A DNA stretch of 64,000 nt from Rhynchobatus australiae. Lineage: Eukaryota. Each line of letters begins with the position of its first letter. The first letter of the stretch is position 1. Made by a program: the position numbers and the translations under genes. The stretch lies in the NCBI GenBank assembly GCA_034780895.1, contig JAUZTB010000135.1, positions 74,018,331-74,082,330 on the forward strand, in the 5' to 3' direction. Under the pieces are notes generated by a model. It was not told the DNA's origin, ran no database searches, and was given only the letters and a program-made list of their open reading frames with translations. Below, piece by piece: positions 1-10,419 of this stretch.

Positions 1-609
1 CAATTCTACTGTCCATGTTTCAACAAAGGCTGCAAGAAGGTTTAGAAATATAGCAGTCTTGTTTGAAATTGATCAGCAATTCATCAGTGATTAAGTACGA
101 CTTGATAGTATTTAACTTTGCTGCTTTATGATTGATGAAGCATAATTGAATGGAAATCTGAAGCCACAGTTTATCTTTCCTGTGCCTAAACCTGGCTCTA
201 GAATGATGGATGGGGTGAATCTCATGATGAGTGGAGGATTATCCACTTCTGGTTGAAAATGGTAGCAAATACTTCAACTTTTGTTTTTGTACTTTTGAGT
301 TGTACTCTTCCATCATTAAAATGCTAATTGAGTCTCCCTTTGTACAATTTTCCACTTCCATTTATCACTAACTTTATAAGATCTTTGCTAAAGCAAAAGT
401 TAAAGTAGGTCTATCACACCCAAAAATTCAAGTCTGACAAAGTTCTATTTAATAAAATTTCTTATAAATGCTGATCTGACTGCATTTTTCTTTAAGTCTA
501 ACATGTGCCAGGTAGCATTTCCATTAAATGTTTGGTAATGCAATGATATGTGAGGCTAGATGTATTCACAACTCTAACAATGAATCAGGATATATCAGGT
601 TTTCATAGG

Positions 610-920
610 AAACAGTAGTAATTTGATTAAGTACTGGACTAGTAGGCAGAGGCCTAAATTATTGATTTTGAATTAAGTTTGAATCTTATAATGGCTGCTG
701 AAGAATTTAAATAATCCTGCAATTAAAAAAAAACTTGCATCTGTAATAGTGACCATAAAGCAATCAACTTACCTGTGATCCTTACTTGGTTTGGTAACTT
801 CAAACCCTTGAACGTAATTGATCCTCCACAATGAGCAGCCAGTGATTCATGGGACAATCAGGCAAGGCATTTAGATATTGGAGTTGCCAGTGACATCCAA
901 ATCCCATGAACAAATAATAA
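610..920 (+). mobile_element. Degenerate tRNA-derived SINE (common chondrichthyan family, 'ggactagtaatccag...gccagtgacatccacatccc' type)
   Basis: Head tactggactagtaggcagagg and tail gttgccagtgacatccaaatcccatgaacaaataa; homologous to copies at 29370-29850 and 59320-59665. Confidence 0.6.
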
Positions 921-1279
921 CAGGATCTATACAAAGCAGTCGTGTGGCACAAGTGTCATCTAAATTTTAACCAACTCCAACAGAAAGTCTAGCCATCTCA
1001 CCTTGACATTCAACGTCACCACCAATCACCAAGTCCTCCAAAATCAGCAGATGGAGGCACTGCACAGGATCAGTTAACGTAACCTCAATAAAATCCACCC
1101 TAGTTAAATAAAATTATAAGCACATGGAAATTTTAATTGAAGTATCATAAGCTAAATGTTTTGAATATAACAGCCAACTGTTTTGGTGCTTTTTAGAATA
1201 ATTATTAAACTCCAATTAACATTCTATGGTTCTATTATACATGAATAGAAAGGAAGCAATAAAGAATTAGAAATATAAA

Positions 1280-2130
1280 CATTGACAAGCCAGTAGTCAC
1301 TTATGTTGCCTAACTACTCAAAGTAGTGGTAAGTCACATTCTTTAACTTCTGCAATCTATGTATTGAGGTTAGGGAGGGAAGTCTGAATTTTAAACTTGT
1401 GACCAAGAAGAAACAATTATTTCATCTGAATCAAAATGGCATGGAATTTGGAAGTAGTGGTAAACATATGCATCTACTGCACATCCTTCCATGTGGTAGA
1501 AGCCTTGGCATCTTGTGGGTGGCATTTTGGGCAGCCATATAGTTCTGGTGATGGATTAGGTGCCAATAAAGTCTGCTTACTCAAGCTTCTTGAGTTTTGT
1601 TTTCATCATGGAGTGTATTTTATTGCACTGCCTTGTGGATAGTGAAAAGGCCTTGGAATTTTGAGGNNNNNNNNNNNNNNNNNNNNNNNNNNNNNNNNNN
1701 NNNNNNNNNNNNNNNNNNNNNNNNNNNNNNNNNNNNNNNNNNNNNNNNNNNNNNNNNNNNNNNNNNNNNNNNNNNNNNNNNNNNNNNNNNNNNNNNNNNN
1801 NNNNNNNNNNNNNNNNNNNNNNNNNNNNNNNNNNNNNNNNNNNNNNNNNNNNNNNNNNNNNNNNNNNNNNNNNNNNNNNNNNNNNNNNNNNNNNNNNNNN
1901 NNNNNGGACTGCTTCAATACTTGAGGAGCTCTGAGGAACGTTCCATTTGATAGTAAACATTTCCATTTCTGACCTTATGCTAGAAGGAAAGCTGTTGAGG
2001 AAGTAGTTGAATATGGTTGGGTTGAGGCCACTATCCTGAGGAACTCTTCAGCAATGTATTTGGGTTTGCAATTAGCCTCCATTTGCATTAGGAATGTTAG
2101 AGTCAGTAGAAAATTTTCTACTCACCAATT
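1280..2130 (-). mobile_element. Degenerate non-LTR retrotransposon 3' fragment (L2/CR1-group LINE of cartilaginous fishes), interrupted by an N tract
   Basis: ttagggaggga...catatgcatctactgcacatccttcc... shares sequence with fragments at 17150-17640 (+), 25160-25330, 56260-56390 and 58200-58370. Confidence 0.55.
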
Positions 2131-2169
2131 CCATGTTTTATTTTTCCCCCTTTTTCCATTATGTTTAAA

Positions 2170-3320
2170 ATAGTCAAGACATGAGCAAGCCATGTGGTTA
2201 GCTGGCCCAATTATTTAGTAAAACCAAAAACATCAATCAATTTCTATCAATACCGCCCCCTTGTCTCATTTCAGTGTTTCTTGATTCCCTTGTGTATCCA
2301 AAAAAAAAATTCAATCATCTTGAACGTGAGCTTTAATTGAGCTTCAACAGTCCTCAGGGAGAGGGAATTCCAGGCTTGCAATCCTTTGAATGAAAAAAAA
2401 TTCTCCCTATTTCGGTTCTCTTCTTGTCAGGTTATGGTCCCCTAGTTCTTGGCTCTTCAGCCAAAGGAATCAGCTTGCAAACATCTACCTAATCTGGCCC
2501 TAAAAGAATAGTGTTTTTAAGATCATCTCTCATGCTTCTAATTCCTTTGGAATATGAACCTTGTCTACTAAATCTCCAATTTCAAAACAAACTTTTCATC
2601 CCAGAGATCAATCTTGCAAACTTTTGCTGCCCTTTAGATAAGAAGATGAGGCATATAGATGGTACCCTAGGTGTGATCACGCTAAAACCCAATATAATTG
2701 TAGCAATTCCTTCCTACTTTTATACTAAAATCCCTTGTACTAAAGGCCATCAAACAAACCATTTCTCCTCCTAACTGTATATTGTATTAAGAAATTTTCT
2801 GTAACATCTGCAAAGACACACATCCCTCTAAATACTGGTAATTTTAAAATGATTATGCCTTTCTATTCTCTCTACTAAAGTATACAACCTTGCAGCTCCT
2901 CATACACTCCACCTTCCATTTTCCTGCCCAATGACTTAACCTGTCAAAATGCCCTTTTGAGTTTTCCTAAAGCCAATTGTGCACTTAACTTTACACCATT
3001 AGCAAAACTTGATCACCCTATATTCAATATCTTAATTCAAGTTATTCATATAGATTAGAAATAACAAGAAACCCTTTGGCATTTCACTGGTTACATTCTG
3101 AAAATGACCTGCTTCTTCCTCCTGTTTCCTGCCCATTAAACAAATCTTGATCTCCACTCCTACTTAATCCCATGAGTCTTGCTATTCCGTAACAACCTAT
3201 TATAATACCTTACTGAATGCCTTCTAAAAATCCAAATGTATTATATCCACTGGTTCTCCAGTTACCCAAATATTTTAACAGATTTGTCACTATTTCCTTT
3301 TCTTAAAACTGAAGTGCTCT
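2170..3320 (-). mobile_element. Degenerate CR1 LINE 3' fragment
   Basis: Reverse-orientation CR1 hallmarks: gagcttcaacagtcctcagggagagggaattcc, tcattcatatagattag-like, gaatgccttctaaaaatccaaat. Confidence 0.7.
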
Positions 3321-3514
3321 TCTGTTGTGTCCTTACTAATAAATTATACTTTCCTTTGTTAAAATGGATAAATTTTCAATAACGGCCAAATGAACTATTA
3401 CTTTCAGTCTTAATAACATGGACCAAACAAGAGTGTTCCTTGAAACATAAGTCTGTGTTAGTTTCAGCATCTAAGCTCCAGACTTATGAAATTGGGTGTA
3501 ATTTGTGATTTAAC

Positions 3515-3830
3515 ATATTAACCTTGAATTAGATCATGAGTTTAAGCTGTACTCCTGAGACTTGAACACATAATTCAGGCTGTTTGCAACTGAGGGAATG
3601 TTTCATTATGAGATGTTAGATTTTAAGTTTCATTCATTAAACCAAGGTACTCTTACATGGACATTGAAGATCTCAGTGCATTATTTTTCTTAAAAAAGGA
3701 ATTTCTCTTAATATCTTAACCTACATTAACTCTCCAGCAAAATCATTTTACTTATTGCTTTTTATGAGACTTAGTTGTCAACAAAATAGCTGCTATATCT
3801 TCCCACATTGTACCAATGACCATTCTCACT
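3515..3830 (+). mobile_element. Degenerate Deu-domain SINE (SacSINE1-like)
   Basis: ctcctgagacttgaacacataattcaggctg...ggacattgaagatctcagtgcattattt; homologous to 18245-18660. Confidence 0.5.
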
Positions 3831-4369
3831 GGACAAGACTATGGCAGGTGAAGTTCATTGCAATTGTTAAGAACCAGCAACAAAACACACACCAAGTAAT
3901 GGTATAAGTGTTAGAAACTACTTTATTAATAACTACTTATGATAATCAGAAAAATAAAAGTAAAAATGTTAGAATGTTAGAAGTAAAAATGNNNNNNNNN
4001 NNNNNNNNNNNNNNNNNNNNNNNNNNNNNNNNNNNNNNNNNNNNNNNNNNNNNNNNNNNNNNNNNNNNNNNNNNNNNNNNNNNNNNNNNNNNNNNNNNNN
4101 NNNNNNNNNNNNNNNNNNNNNNNNNNNNNNNNNNNNNNNNNNNNNNNNNNNNNNNNNNNNNNNNNNNNNNNNNNNNNNNNNNNNNNNNNNNNNNNNNNNN
4201 NNNNNNNNNNNNNNNNNNNNNNNNNNNNNNNNNNNNNNNNNNNNNNNNNNNNNNNNNNNNNNNNNNNNNNNNNNNNNNNNNNNNNNNNNNNNNNNNNNNN
4301 NNNNNNNNNNNNNNNNNNNNNNNNNNNNNNNNNNNNNNNNNNNNNNNNNNNNNNNNNNNNNTTTGGACA

Positions 4370-5510
4370 TAATTAGTTGACAGGATTGGTATAGATGGAG
4401 ATATGGCTAACAGAAAACAGAGCATCAGGATAAATGGATCATGTATGTGTTGGCAATTGGCAACTATGGTAAAAGTCTGTTAATCCAAATTGGGACTTTG
4501 GCAGTACCAGGCTGCAGATTTGCTGGACTATTGGATGTTATTCCCAATTAATACTTGTAAGTCATTTATAAAAAATTTGTAACACATTTGTAAGTCATTT
4601 AAAAAAGTTATACAGTAGTATAATAAATTTTCCAGTAAACACTGAATTTCAAGGGAGTACTGGAATGAACATCTGGTGAGCTAATGACCATCAGGATTTC
4701 TGAACAACTGGATCACAGATTACAGTTTTACTCTAGTAGGATGCTACAGGTATCAGTGCTGAGGCTTCAGCTATTTTTAACTACATATCTATAACTAGGA
4801 TGAAGAATGGACTGTACTGTAAGCAAAGTTGCTGATAATGCACAGATGATTGGGTTAACAAGCTGAGTTGGACAAAAGATTTTAAAAAATTAAGGACAAA
4901 AAAGGAACAATAAGTACCTGCAAAGGGATATAGTAAGTGAATGGGCAAAAAGGAAAATGTGAGAAAACATACGATAAGATCTTGATCTTTATTAGTCACA
5001 CATACATCAAAACACACAGCAAAATGCATCTTTTTGCGTGGTGTTCTGGGGGCAGCCTGCAAGTATCACCACGCTTCCGGCACCACTGACAAAGCAAATT
5101 ATTATTTGAACAGGAAGACCGTAAAAAGTTGTGGTACAATTGGATCTGCAGGCCCAAATATATGAATCACATGGTTAGCATGCAGGTACAGCACATCAAC
5201 CTTTATCTTTCATACCCTGTGCAATAAAAGTAAAATGTTTTATTACAACTTTACAAATCACTGGTAAAATTGTAACTGGGAGTACTGTTCAAAATGTTTT
5301 TTGTATACTTAAGGATGTTACTGATAGAGACATTGCCAGCTTCATATGGTTGATTCTCGGGACAAAAGGGTTGACATATGAAGGAAGTTGAGCAGATTTG
5401 GCCTACAGTCATTTCAGTTTAGAAGCGAGTTGATCTTCTTGAAACAAAGATTCTGAGGATGATTGATAGGGTGGAAACTGAGAGCCTTAGTGATGGTATC
5501 CAGAACCAGG
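4370..5510 (+). mobile_element. Degenerate CR1 LINE RT fragment with internal insertions
   Basis: ggatagaggattggctaacag-like start, gttagcatgcaggtacagca, gagcagatttggcctacagtcatttcagtttagaag. Confidence 0.7.
4970..5088 (-). mobile_element. 5'-truncated V-SINE (3' tail only) inserted in CR1
   Basis: Reverse complement matches the 3' part of the 39096-39386 copy (ggtgccggaagcgtgg...cttgc...gtgactaataaagat...cttatc). Confidence 0.75.
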
Positions 5511-6984
5511 CACCATTTATTCTATGAGTAAACCCAGATTCATGTCCAAAGTACTTTCAATTTCATATTTAAATTTGTTTTACCTAATAAAACTCAAAAC
5601 ATATGTTGGATCCAGGAGGTTCAAATCAAACAATGAATTAGAATGGCACCCAAGATAAACTGGATTTGAAAGTGGGATATCCAGATTATGGCAAAAGGTC
5701 TCATTGTTTAAGCAACAACTATAAATACTGAATGCGTTTTTGAAGAGCTCATACTTATTCTGCTGTTAGAAGGGAAGAGTGTCATTTCCATATTAGAACC
5801 AATGTTTCTTTGCTCCCATTAGTACTAGAAATGAACCTCCTCTGAAACTCATTGATCTATGAAGCTACCTTACGAATAAACAGTGAATGATGCCATTGCA
5901 GTTTGCTTTAAATTCCCCACGTGGTATNNNATTACTAGCAAGATTTACATTTGATATTCATCCACAATTGCCTGCAAGATATTGAGCTCTGACAGTTCTT
6001 GTGGGGAATACATGCTGGGTGCTGCATCTGTTTTTTTTAAAAAGATAATAAACAGGAGGAGATCACCATTTGGCCTTTACAGCCTGCTTCCTTTTTCTTC
6101 AAGATCATGGCTGATCTTCTACCTAAATCCCACATTCTTGAAATCTTGATGTATGAAAATCTATTGATCTCCATTTTAAATGAATTCCATAACTAAGACA
6201 CTGTGGCTCTCTAGGGTAGAAAATTCCAAAAGATTCACCACCTACCATGTGAAGTAATTTTTCTTCATTTCAATCCTAAATGGTCTGCTCCTTATACTGT
6301 ATGTTTCAATGAGATATCCTCTCATTCTTCTAAAGAATACAGGCCTGATTGCTCGATCTCTTCTTACACCGTTAAGCCATCATCCTTAGAACCAGTCTAG
6401 TCCATCTCCACTGCACCACCTCTACAGAAGTAGATCTTTTAAAGGCAAGGAGACAAAAACTTATACACAATACTCTGGATGCAATCTAAGGCTTTGTATA
6501 ATTGCAGTAAGACATCTTTATTCCTAACTTAAATCCTCTTGTGATAACCACTGACCTACCACTTGCCTTCCTAATTGATTGCTGTGTCTGCATGCTGGCT
6601 TTCAGTGAATTGTGTACAAGGACCACTACATCTTTGAACATCAATACCATATCCAATCTCTCACAATTTAAAACATCTCTGCTTTTCTGTTGTATGCCCC
6701 AAATGGAAAACCACCTTTTTCCACATTACATTTGCCATGTTCTTACCCACTTACTCAGCATACTCAACATAACCCCTTGAAGCTTCTTTACATCCTCTTT
6801 CCTACTCACAATCCCATCTAGTTTGAAAATGATAATTGGTTCCCACAGCCAAATCTTTGATTTAGACTGAATAGCTGGGGCCCAAGTACCAATCCCAGCA
6901 GTACCCAACTAATTAGTCTGCTAACTTGAGAAAAATATTTATTTCCATACTTTCTAAATAATACCAATAATAAGTCCGTGAAAA

Positions 6985-7095
6985 TCAAAAAAACTGCAGA
7001 TGCTGGAAATGAGAGACAAAAATAGAAAATGCTGGAAGTTCTCAGCAAGTCAGGCAGCATCTGTGAAAAGAGGAACAGAGTTAACATTCCAGGTC
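6985..7095 (+). mobile_element. Penelope-derived non-autonomous repeat
   Basis: aaaactgcagatgctggaaat...aaatgctggaagttctcagcaagtcaggcagcatctgtg...cagagttaacatt; same family at 22155, 28600, 29000, 40220, 41825 and 54380. Confidence 0.7.
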
Positions 7096-7189
7096 AAAGA
7101 ATTCTCAATCCATGTCAGTACATTACCCCCAATTCCACATGCTCTAACTTGTTAACCAACCTCCAGTGTGAAGTTCCAAATACACTGCA

Positions 7190-7705
7190 TTTAGGATGCA
7201 TTCCCAGGAATGAGTGCGCAAGTTAAATCAGCAGTACAAGTGGTCATTATACCATTGAAGGTAAAGATGGTGTCATTATACTGGATCCTGACATGAATCC
7301 CCACCCTCTACAGGTGCTCTTGCATAATGAAAGAGTGATCTCATCACCACATGGTTCAGTCTGGAGTAAGCCACCAAGATAATGTACAGAAGCCATCTGA
7401 GAGTTGGTATTGGCTGGGTTGGGACAAGCTAAACAGCATTGGGATGTCAGGCTCATGGCTATTTCTTGAATGTAATAGTAATGAATATCTCACCTTTTCT
7501 TTGGCTGTACAGCTCTTGCCAGCACAGAGACTTCTCCAGTCGCACAAAGCAGCAGCATAAAATTGTCTAGATTCCTGGCACAGTGGAGTGTAGCCCAAGG
7601 AGATGTTTTCAATAGGATAAGTACCAGTGAGTGTTTGGACTGCAGGTCTAATAGCACTGTAACAAATCAGTGCTCTGGAGGGTAGCACTAAGTGGAGTAC
7701 CAGTT
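7190..7705 (+). mobile_element. Possible Tx1/L1-group LINE ORF2 C-terminal fragment inserted in CR1
   Basis: Frameshifted translation gives C-N-S-N-E-x-ISHLFFGC...LSRFL, resembling the C-terminal CCHC zinc knuckle of Tx1-type ORF2. CR1 sequence resumes on both sides. Confidence 0.35.
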
Positions 7706-8659
7706 TACACCATGCCCACTGGTTCCCACTTGTCTAATCTGTCACAAACATGGTTTTTCTTTCATAAATCATTGTTGACTCTGCTCAATCCTTTTATTCT
7801 TTTCTTATTACATCCTTCACTATGGACTCAAGCACCTTTCCCCACTGACATTAGGCTAACAGGCCGGTAGTTCCATTTTCTCTCTGCCCTTTTTTAAATA
7901 GCTGACTCACACATTATTCTCCAATCCACATGAACAATTCCAAAATCTATAGAATTTTGGAAAGTGATAACCAGATTTNNNNNNNNNNNNNNNNNNNNNN
8001 NNNNNNNNNNNNNNNNNNNNNNNNNNNNNNNNNNNNNNNNNNNNNNNNNNNNNNNNNNNNNNNNNNNNNNNNNNNNNNNNNNNNNNNNNNNNNNNNNNNN
8101 NNNNNNNNNNNNNNNNNNNNNNNNNNNNNNNNNNNNNNNNNNNNNNNNNNNNNNNNNNNNNNNNNNNNNNNNNNNNNNNNNNNNNNNNNNNNNNNNNNNN
8201 NNNNNNNNNNNNNNNNNNNNNNNNNNNNNNNNNNNNNNNNNNNNNNNNNNNNNNNNNNNNNNNNNNNNNNNNNNNNNNNNNNNNNNNNNNNNNNNNNNNN
8301 NNNNNNNNNNNNNNNNNNNNNNNNNNNNNNNNNNNNNNNNNNNNNNNNNNNNNNNNNNNNNNNNNNNNNNNNNNNNNNNNNNNNNNNNNNNNNNNNNNNN
8401 NNNNNNNNNNNNNNNNNNNNNNNNNNNNNNNNNNNNNNNNNNNNNNNNNNNNNNNNNNNNNNNNNNNNNNNNNNNNNNNNNNNNNNNNNNNNNNNNNNNN
8501 NNNNNNNNNNNNNNNNNNNNNNNNNNNNNNNNNNNNNNNNNNNNNNNNNNNNNNNNNNNNNNNNNNNNNNNNNNNNNNNNNNNNNNNNNNNNNNNNNNNN
8601 NNNNNNNNNNNNNNNNNNNNNNNNNNNNNNNNNNNNNNNNNNNNNNNNNNNNNNNNNNN

Positions 8660-9995
8660 TACATTGCTTCCAAACTCACTAAATTTCTACCATATTATGG
8701 GCACTCTTCCCCATAGGCCCCTTTACAACAATTATCATTTAACTCCTTCTCTCATAGCACAGAACGAAATCTAAACTAGCCTTTTCCCTTATTCAGTTCC
8801 TCAACATATTGATGAAATAAAATCTTGTATACATTCCATGAATTTACCATCCACCTCATTCCCATTAATCTGACTTGTCCTATGTGAATTAAAGTCCTTC
8901 ATTGCAAGTTACTCTAATTTCCTGATTTATGCTATGTCAAATTTCTATTTGATGGGCTATAACTTGAAATATGAGATTGGTAGGAGTTTTCTTACAAAAC
9001 AGAAGGCCATTCAGTTGATGAGTATACACCCAGTCTCATTCCCACTGATTTCCCCTTCAGCCTATACTTTCTGATGTGCTCACCAACTCTATCTGATACT
9101 TCTACCACCCATCTGCACATTAGTGGTAATTAATTTACCAACTAGCACATATTTGGTATGTGGGAGTTAACTGGATATCTGGGGTAAATCATTTGATCTC
9201 AGGGAGAAAGTGCCAGTCACACAAAGATATCAATAAAGGTCAAGATCAAATCCAGGCCTCTGGAGCTGTGTGACAGCAACAGTAGTTACTGTGCTATCCA
9301 GTGTTTACTGCCCTTTGCTCAACCTAAGTTGATTCTAATTCTACATCATAATCTGGTAAACCAAGATCATTTCTCACCTCTATACTGATTACGTCCATTA
9401 ATAGTGCTACATCACCTCCTTTTCCTTTTGTGTGTCCTTCCTGGATTTTAATATCCTTGAACATTGAGCTTCCAGCTTTGGTCAACCTTCAGCATATTTC
9501 TGCAAGAGCAATGAAATCATACCTTTTTACTTCTGTTTGTGCTATTAATTTACCTAATTGTGAATACTGTGGATGTTTCAAATATAGCATCTCTAAATTT
9601 ACAATTTTAACATTTTTCTGTAATTTGACCCCATTTGATGCTTGTGTTACTTCACTTATGTTTCTAACCAGTACTTTCCTCTGCTTTACTCCTTTCTGAA
9701 TTCCCTTTGAGATTCCCAACCACTGCCAAACTAAATTAAATCCCGCTCGGTAACACTAGCACATTCCACAAAGTGTATGCTGGTCCCAGTTCAATTGAGG
9801 TATAACCCCTAGATTTTTTTTAAACAGGTTTCACCTGCCCCAGAAACAGTCCCAATGCCTCAGAAAAAAACTGGAGTGCCAGCAACCAAGGGCATAGTTT
9901 CACACATTGCTCTCAATGCTCAGAAATCTATAGCCCTCCCTCCTGCACCATCTCTCCAGCAACACATTCATATTGTCCTTTCTACTTATTCCCGG
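8660..9995 (-). mobile_element. Degenerate CR1 LINE (endonuclease/5' ORF2 region), interrupted by a SINE
   Basis: catcacctccttttccttttgtgtgtccttcctg, cccagaaacagtcccaatgcctcag, ccctccctcctgcaccatctctccagc; likely continues the 6045-7978 element across the N tract. Confidence 0.65.
8995..9300 (-). mobile_element. Degenerate V-domain (HE1-type) SINE
   Basis: tttggtatgtgggag...ctcagggagaaagtgc...gatcaaatccaggcctctggagctgtgtgacagca is a reverse V-SINE core plus tRNA head. Confidence 0.65.
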
Positions 9996-10419
9996 AGTTA
10001 TTACGAAGTTAAATAAAAAAGTTATAAAGCTTGTTAGTTATGTAATTTTTTTCATACAGTTTCACGTTATTGATTTCACTGAATGTACACAGGTTTGAAG
10101 CAGTTTTAAAAAACACCAAAATACTGCAGCCCGCTAAGTCAAAAGTAAAAAAAACCGCCGTCAATACTAAACAATCCGACAGCATCTATGAAGGATGAAC
10201 CCGAGATAACTTTCGTGGTGGATAACCTTAAAAAATTCCAATCGACCCGAAACTAATTTCTCCACAAAAGCTACTTGAGCGACCACACGTTTTCGCAACT
10301 TTTACTTAAAACAACAAATCGAGTTTATGTTAAGCCTAAATTTGCAGGCTCCCACTTATATTTATTTTTACAGATAACATTGTTGAGTACGAAAACCAAA
10401 ACGAAGTGAGAGTCATTTA

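Larger units (their letters stand above)
6045..7978 (-). mobile_element. CR1 LINE 3' region with nested insertions
   Basis: 3' end caggaggagatcaccatttggcctttacagcctgc...aagatcatggctgatc; RT region through cccactgacattaggctaacaggccggtagttcc. Interrupted at ~6980-7095 and ~7190-7705. Confidence 0.8.

Noticed and set aside
3866-3991. Possible LTR terminus (tgttaagaaccagcaac...) before the N tract
   Set aside because: Too little unmasked sequence and no partner LTR or internal domain visible.
1-10400. Exons of the upstream neighbour (RAB2A in other vertebrates)
   Set aside because: No Rab GTPase-like translation seen; the region is almost entirely TE remnants.
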